From Candidatus Obscuribacteraceae bacterium (GTDB lineage Bacteria; Cyanobacteriota; Vampirovibrionia; Obscuribacterales; Obscuribacteraceae), in the NCBI GenBank assembly GCA_044229845.1, contig JBGASG010000009.1, positions 135,269 to 199,268 on the forward strand: a stretch of DNA of 64,000 nt, read 5' to 3'. Positions 58,243 to 64,000 of the stretch are shown here, in pieces. The notes below the pieces were generated by a model. That model was not told the DNA's origin. It searched no databases and saw only the letters and a program-made list of their open reading frames with translations. Made by a program: the position numbers and the translations under genes. The first letter of the stretch is position 1, and every line of letters starts with the position of its first letter.

Positions 58243-59730
58243 TTAATATCGGTGTTCGATTTCGTAAGTGATTTTTACTTCGCCGTTTGCCGGCACCGCG
58301 ACGTTGAACTCGAACGTGCTCGCATCTTTCTTCTTATACTCATGGCTGGAAGAGAGAATTTTCCAGGTGCCGCCGGCGTGCTCTACCGCAGTCACGGTGA
58401 CTTCTTTGTCCTTGTGATTACGCAGGCTAATTTCGTATGTTTCTCGCGTGACGCGATCATTGATACGCTGCGACGTGACCTGCCGACGCTCGCCGACAAC
58501 ATCGAAGGCGTCTCCGATATATAGACGAATCTTTTCATCGCGTGGTGTGTGATCGATCAGATCTTCGCCGATGAATTGCAGAGCGCCATCAGCATCACGT
58601 TTGTAGACGCGCACCTTGCCTTTTGGCATTGGCATGCCGAGGTGATTTTTCTCAGAGTTGTCTACTTCAATTTTGACTGCAACTTTCTTGCTGCGGTCGC
58701 CGCCGCCGGACATCCACGGGTAATAAACAGTGGGCGCCGGATCATAAACAAACGATTTGTGTGCCGGAACTTGATTGGCGTTGAAAAGGCTCAATTGTTT
58801 GGTTTCGTTGTCGTTGACGTCGGTCTTGCCCTGGAGGGTGTACAGGTGGTACTCGGCAAATGCCTGTTCTTGGAACTGAGGTTGCGGCGCCATCGGTATC
58901 GCCGCGTCGACAGCCTGGGCACCGCGCATGTAGCGCTCCTCGTCTTGGACTTTACGCACGTCGCCGGCCATTAGTTTCAGCGCTGCGTTCTTGTAGCTGG
59001 CTCCGGATTTGTTGTCCAGAGTGACCCAGCTGGTCAGGTCAAGCTGGTTGTCGTCCTTGTTCAGAACAGCTACGTAATCGGCATGCCAGTTCATCCCGGA
59101 AGTTTGATACGCGATTTCCGTCTGATGTTCGCCGGCTTTCGTGCTTTCCAGTTTCCACAACAGCGAAGGCTTGGAAATCAATCCCGGCGGCAATTCGGAC
59201 AGTTCTATTTCGCCTGCAGGATTGAGCACGACGCCTTCCGGTGTGCGTACTACCAGTCCCTGCCAGCGCACATTCGATCCGCCCGAGGGATCTGCAACTG
59301 TTGCCCGGGGTGAATTGAGCAGGGTGCCCGTGAATTCCCTCATGCTGCCACCCGGTCCGATCTGGCGAAATTTGAGCGTTTTTCCGATTGACTTAGCGAG
59401 GATGGTAGTGGGGTCGATCAAGTCATACTGGTAATTCTGCTCGCGTACCACCACCGCATTCGGGGCGGTCAAAGATGCAAAACTCACCGACGTCGGATCT
59501 ATTTGAGCTGCCACATCGGCAAAGCGCACGAAGTTGATGCCGGTGTTCAGAGTGACATCGCGCACATCTTTGACGAGTCCGAAATTCTGGTTGTATATTG
59601 TCAGATTTATCCCTTTAGAATCAGACGCTCCGACCTCTTCACCGTGCGCCAGAGGCGCCAGCAGCGCTACCGAAACTGTTGCCGCCAGGAGCGTCGCTGC
59701 AATACCTATCTGTGAAAGTTGAAAACGCAT
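58243..59730 (-). CDS. DUF4139-domain secreted protein, paralogue 2
   Basis: Same motifs; highly similar to 56739-58208. Confidence 0.85.
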   Translation of the reverse strand: MRFQLSQIGIAATLLAATVSVALLAPLAHGEEVGASDSKGINLTIYNQNFGLVKDVRDVTLNTGINFVRFADVAAQIDPTSVSFASLTAPNAVVVREQNYQYDLIDPTTILAKSIGKTLKFRQIGPGGSMREFTGTLLNSPRATVADPSGGSNVRWQGLVVRTPEGVVLNPAGEIELSELPPGLISKPSLLWKLESTKAGEHQTEIAYQTSGMNWHADYVAVLNKDDNQLDLTSWVTLDNKSGASYKNAALKLMAGDVRKVQDEERYMRGAQAVDAAIPMAPQPQFQEQAFAEYHLYTLQGKTDVNDNETKQLSLFNANQVPAHKSFVYDPAPTVYYPWMSGGGDRSKKVAVKIEVDNSEKNHLGMPMPKGKVRVYKRDADGALQFIGEDLIDHTPRDEKIRLYIGDAFDVVGERRQVTSQRINDRVTRETYEISLRNHKDKEVTVTAVEHAGGTWKILSSSHEYKKKDASTFEFNVAVPANGEVKITYEIEHRY

Positions 59731-59754
59731 GGAGCCTCCGCTGCTCAGTTGGCT

Positions 59755-61275
59755 TTAGTTTTTGATTGAAATGGTGTAGTTAACTTTGACTTCGCCGTTG
59801 GCCGGTACGTCAACGTTGAATTCAAATGTGCGCGAATCCTTTCTGGTCGACGGATGACTCTGTTGCAGAATCTTCCAGTCGCCCCAGGTGTGCTCGATAA
59901 TCGTCACCGGCGCGGCAGTCTTCTTGTGGTTGCGTATGGAAATCTCATAAGTTTCGCGTGTTTCGTGATCTGAAACTCGCGTTTGCGTCACTTGCTTGCG
60001 TTCGCCCACCACATCGAATGCATCGCCTATGTACAGGCGAATCTTTTCGTCGCGCGCCGTGTGATCGATTTCGTCCTCGCCGATAAATTGCAGCGCGCCG
60101 TCAGCATCTTTTTTATACACGCGCACCTTGCCCTTCGGCATTGGCATGCCGAGGTGATTGGCGTCACTGTTCGCGACTTCGATTTTGACATTCACTTTGC
60201 TCTTGGTTGTGCTGCCGCCATCGCTTTCTTCCATCGGTATCATTTCGTTCCGGTTCGAATCGAACACGAATAGTTTCTTGACCGGAATATTGGAGGCATT
60301 GAACAAGCTCATCTGCTTGGTCTCGTTGTCGCGCAGGGTGGTCTTTCCTTGCAGCGTATATAGATGATATTCGGCAAACGACTGCTCTTGAAACTGCGGC
60401 GGTGGGGCAGATTCGGCCATTGCCATGACGCCGCCTCCGCCCGCCAATCCTCCGCGCGTCTGCACCCGGTGCACGTCGCCGGCCATCAGTTTGAGCGCCG
60501 CGTTGTCGTAAGTGGCGCCGGACTTGTTGTCTAGAGTTACCCAACTGGTCAAATCCAGCCCGTTATCGGCTTCGTTCATCACAGCAACATAGTCGGCATG
60601 CCAGTTCATGCCAGACGTCTGGTAGCGCAACTCGGTTTGATGTGTGCCGGATTTTGTGGTTTCCAGTTTCCACAGGAGTGAGGGTGTCGACACCAACCCC
60701 GGTGGCAACTCAGCAATTTCGATCACACCTTCCGGCTGCAGCACGATACCGTCTGCAGTGCGAATCACCAGTCCCTGATAACGCATGGAGTTGCCGCCAC
60801 CGGCATCGGCTACAGTTACCTCGGGCGAATTCAGCAAGGTGCCCGTGATTTCGCGCACAGTTCCGGACTGCAGGTACTGTCTGAACTTGAGCGTTTTTCC
60901 GACCGACTTGCGCAAAATAGTGTTCGGATCGATCAGATCATATTGATAGTTCTGTTCGCGAACCACAACCTGGTTTGGTGCTGTTGTCGACTCGAAGCTG
61001 ACCGAGGTCGGGTCAATTTGAGCGGCAACATCACCTATTCGCAGGAAGTTGACGCCATTGGATAGATTGATTGTTCTCGTGTCGCGGACCAGTCCGAAGT
61101 TCTGGTTGTAAATAGTGAGACTGAAGTCTTTAGGAGCGGAGGCTGAGAGCTCCGTGGAAGGCGGTGCATCCGGCGACTGCTGTGCATTGACATCCAACAC
61201 CGCCAGCGGACCGAGAATGAGCAGAGAAGCTGCGCAGGCGACTGCCAGCCCACCATACCGCGACGAGAAACGCAT
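59755..61275 (-). CDS. DUF4139-domain secreted protein, paralogue 1
   Basis: Same motifs, more divergent, with a signal peptide. Confidence 0.85.
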   Translation of the reverse strand: MRFSSRYGGLAVACAASLLILGPLAVLDVNAQQSPDAPPSTELSASAPKDFSLTIYNQNFGLVRDTRTINLSNGVNFLRIGDVAAQIDPTSVSFESTTAPNQVVVREQNYQYDLIDPNTILRKSVGKTLKFRQYLQSGTVREITGTLLNSPEVTVADAGGGNSMRYQGLVIRTADGIVLQPEGVIEIAELPPGLVSTPSLLWKLETTKSGTHQTELRYQTSGMNWHADYVAVMNEADNGLDLTSWVTLDNKSGATYDNAALKLMAGDVHRVQTRGGLAGGGGVMAMAESAPPPQFQEQSFAEYHLYTLQGKTTLRDNETKQMSLFNASNIPVKKLFVFDSNRNEMIPMEESDGGSTTKSKVNVKIEVANSDANHLGMPMPKGKVRVYKKDADGALQFIGEDEIDHTARDEKIRLYIGDAFDVVGERKQVTQTRVSDHETRETYEISIRNHKKTAAPVTIIEHTWGDWKILQQSHPSTRKDSRTFEFNVDVPANGEVKVNYTISIKN

Positions 61276-61439
61276 GGAAAAACTCCTGATAACCGAGTCA
61301 GTTCATTTATAGCCCACATGGTATTGCAATATCCTGGGGCAATGCCTGAATTTTGCTCAGGGAATATCGAGCAACAAGTAGGCGCCCAGAACGTCTCCAG
61401 GTCATTCGCCGTCACACCAAAACTGCGGGTCTCAAAAGG

Positions 61440-61467
61440 CGCGTGAAGAATCGATGTTTTTCGCGTG
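61440..61467. repeat. 28-bp dispersed palindrome, copy 9
   Basis: CGCGTGAAGAAT-CGAT-GTTTTTCGCGTG. Confidence 0.75.
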
Positions 61468-61629
61468 TGATGAGAATGAGTATTCCAACGAGGACGTTGG
61501 AAATTTGCCGGCGAGAAACTGCGGACATAGGCTTCCCGAGCCGTGTCGAGAAGTTTGTTACAAACGGCGTGTGCCGCCGGGTGGCGTGAAAAGCGGATGC
61601 GCGACTTAGGACTAACTCTGTACGCAGAA

Positions 61630-61658
61630 TTGACCGCCGACGTTGCGGCGCTTATAAA
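61630..61658 (+). promoter_or_regulatory. Sigma-70-like promoter
   Basis: TTGACC-17nt-TATAAA upstream of the small secreted ORF. Confidence 0.45.
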
Positions 61659-61688
61659 TTTGCCCGAAACCCAATTGAGGAGCGCATT

Positions 61689-61946
61689 ATGCGTAATATA
61701 GTTACACTGTCACTGACAATGTTGCTCGCTACATCGACTTCCGCCGTCATGGCCGCCGATGAAGTAGCGTCTTCTCCGGTCCCGGCGATTCCGGTGGCAC
61801 CGGTGGTACCTGCCGATCCGTCGGTTGGTCAAGCCAAGACTGAGCAGCCTGACGTGAAATCAGAAGAGTCCCAAGCTAAGGCTGGCGGCGAATCTTCTGA
61901 GAAAGCTGCCCCGACCCCGGGCGCAACCCAATCGCAAACCAAATAG
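61689..61946 (+). CDS. Small secreted low-complexity protein
   Basis: GAGGAG RBS, signal peptide ending VMA-A, disordered mature part. Confidence 0.7.
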   Translation: MRNIVTLSLTMLLATSTSAVMAADEVASSPVPAIPVAPVVPADPSVGQAKTEQPDVKSEESQAKAGGESSEKAAPTPGATQSQTK

Positions 61947-62042
61947 CAACCGGATGTGGTGTCACTTCGCACCATGACAGTCGGCGCTGGGGCTTTCAAG
62001 ATAAATGCCCTTGCGCCGGCTTCCTGCCGAGGCTATAGGAAT

Positions 62043-62849
62043 CTATTTGCGTTGCTCGGCGAGCAGTCCGGCCAGTTTTACGTCCAGTTGGTGACCGCCC
62101 TTCATGCTGATGAAGTGAGCTTTCCAGCGCAGTGGATTGCAGCCGGCCAGATAAAGATCGCCGATCAGGTCGAGCACTTTGTGTCTTACCGGCTCATCCG
62201 GCCAACGAAGTGGTTTGGAGAAATCATCCGGCGTCATGCTGACGACTTCATTGGAAAGTCCCAACATGTCGTGCTCTTTCTGTGAACCGAACGTACGCGC
62301 CAGGGCGATGTCTTCCACAGGTGTTTGCGCAGTCCATGTGTACCAGCGCTTGCCTATCATAGGATGGTTCCAGTCCATCATATAGGTGGCCGAGAAACTC
62401 TCGGCCGGCACCGCCAGCAGTGTACGATCGCCGAGCGAACAAGATACCGGCTGGGTGAGTTCGACGTTGGGAACAATCGGTCGTTGCTGCCAACCTCCCT
62501 GCTTGAACAGTTCGATCCAGAAATTGGCGCTGCCGTCGCCGAGCGGCATTTCAGGTCCGTCTACTGTCACATAGAGGTCTTCCAGTCCCCAGACGGCTGC
62601 TGCCGCCAGGAAGTGCTCGACGATGCATAGGCGTGCCTTTTCTTTGCCCAAAACGACGTTGCGCAAAGTGTTGACCACATTGGCTTGATTGGCCGGCAGT
62701 TCGGTAATCTGACCGTCTTGCTTGAGGGCGAAGACGATGCCATATCCGGCTTCTCGTTGTTCTACCTCAACGGACACCGCTTGCTTTGAGGTGATGCCGT
62801 GGCCTTTGTAGGTGATATTAGATGTGGTGCTAGAGTTGGATATCATCAT
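62043..62849 (-). CDS. lpxC: UDP-3-O-acyl-GlcNAc deacetylase
   Basis: VEHFLAA, EMP..DGS, ARTFG and RHKVLDLIGDL. Start overlaps the lpxD stop. Confidence 0.9.
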   Translation of the reverse strand: MMISNSSTTSNITYKGHGITSKQAVSVEVEQREAGYGIVFALKQDGQITELPANQANVVNTLRNVVLGKEKARLCIVEHFLAAAAVWGLEDLYVTVDGPEMPLGDGSANFWIELFKQGGWQQRPIVPNVELTQPVSCSLGDRTLLAVPAESFSATYMMDWNHPMIGKRWYTWTAQTPVEDIALARTFGSQKEHDMLGLSNEVVSMTPDDFSKPLRWPDEPVRHKVLDLIGDLYLAGCNPLRWKAHFISMKGGHQLDVKLAGLLAEQRK

Positions 62850-63973
62850 TTCTTGCTTTTTACCAGTTCGGGTTCCTTCGTGACTTTCAGCTGTTCTTCG
62901 AGCTGATCGAGGCGTTTCTTCACAGCGCGGAATTCTTTGACCATGTCCGGCAATTTCTTGAGGGCGGCCTGTCCCAGGAAGAATTGTTTGGAAGGCACCG
63001 ATGGTGTGCCGCAGACCACTTCGCCTTCCGGAATGTCTTGCATGACGCCGGACTGGGCTTGAATGATGGCGTCTTTGCCGACATGCACGTGGTCTTTGAG
63101 TCCGACCGCGCCCGCCAAGATTGCCCGGTCGCCGATGTTGCAGGAGCCGGCGATGCCGGTTTGTGCAACTACCAGGCATTCTTTGCCGAGGCGATTGTTG
63201 TGCGCGATCATCACCAGGTTATCGACTTTGGTTCCGGCACCGATTACGGTATTGCCGAGGGTGGCACGGTCAACGGTGCTGTTGGCACCGATTTCGACAT
63301 CGTCTTCCACGACGACGTTGCCGATGTTCGGTATTTTCAGGTGTGGGTTCGATTCATCGACCAGGTTGAAGTCGCCTTTGATACGGCGTTCCATGTTCGA
63401 GACTTTCTCGGTCACGTAGCTGAAGCCATCCGGTCCGATACAAGCGCCGGCTTGCAGAATCACACGGTTGTTGATGCGGCAATGATCTTCAATTACTGCG
63501 TGCGGATGGAACAAACAGTCTTCGCCGATCTTCACTTCACCGCCGACGACCACGTGCGCCATAAGTTTGGTGCGCGCGCCGATTTTCGTTTTCGGTCCCA
63601 CCACTACGTAAGGTCCCAGACCTACATCTTCACCCAGTTCAGCGGTGGGATCGACTATGGCAGTCGGATGAATGCCTTCCGGGTAGTGTCGTTTAGGTTG
63701 CACGACAGTCAGCATTTTAGAAACTGCCACCAGCGGCCGTTCGACAACGATGGCCGGCAAAGTGGTTTTAGTGCCTTCCGGAACCATCACGGCTGTCGCC
63801 TTGCACTGCGAGATTTGCGCAATGTACTTCGGCTCGAAAACAAAAGCGAGGTCACCTTCTTGGGCATTGAGCGGGTTCAACGCGATACTTTTCACTTTCA
63901 CGTCGTCGCCTTCAAGTCGACCTCCGGCTACGGAGGCGATCTGTTGCAGACTCAATTCCATTGGCAGTTTCAT
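62846..63973 (-). CDS. lpxD: UDP-3-O-(3-hydroxyacyl)glucosamine N-acyltransferase
   Basis: GIHPTA, hexapeptide repeats, IG.DGF, EIGANSTVDRA and TKVDNLVMIAHN. ATG 63973 follows GAGGAA. Confidence 0.95.
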   Translation of the reverse strand: MKLPMELSLQQIASVAGGRLEGDDVKVKSIALNPLNAQEGDLAFVFEPKYIAQISQCKATAVMVPEGTKTTLPAIVVERPLVAVSKMLTVVQPKRHYPEGIHPTAIVDPTAELGEDVGLGPYVVVGPKTKIGARTKLMAHVVVGGEVKIGEDCLFHPHAVIEDHCRINNRVILQAGACIGPDGFSYVTEKVSNMERRIKGDFNLVDESNPHLKIPNIGNVVVEDDVEIGANSTVDRATLGNTVIGAGTKVDNLVMIAHNNRLGKECLVVAQTGIAGSCNIGDRAILAGAVGLKDHVHVGKDAIIQAQSGVMQDIPEGEVVCGTPSVPSKQFFLGQAALKKLPDMVKEFRAVKKRLDQLEEQLKVTKEPELVKSKK

Positions 63974-64000
63974 CGAACTATTCCTCAAAAAAATTGGACG

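Overview
A mostly gene-dense bacterial chromosomal window. Gene content (lpxD/lpxC, many TPR proteins and Hanks Ser/Thr kinases, cyanobacterial-style signalling proteins, no photosynthesis genes) suggests a non-photosynthetic cyanobacterial relative such as Vampirovibrionia/Obscuribacterales; this is inference. Housekeeping genes: sigma-70, uvrB, tatA, glyS, asnB, mpg, rplJ-rplL with an L10 leader, lpxD-lpxC. Main observations: (1) a compact PqqD-like / ATP-grasp / fold-III PLP decarboxylase / urea-transporter-M23 fusion / BaeSR-like operon of unknown function, whose promoter matches that of an oppositely oriented neighbouring gene; (2) a 28-bp palindrome (CACGCGAAAAAC-N4-GTTTTTCGCGTG) present nine times between genes with invariant geometry; (3) an intact IS200/IS605 element (tnpA+tnpB) inserted precisely after codon 16 of a kinase gene, with the cleavage site and TAM inferable from sequence; (4) two dual-OB-like paralogues plus DUF488 that share an upstream motif. 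No tRNA, rRNA or CRISPR array was seen. Family assignments are from motif recognition, not database searches.
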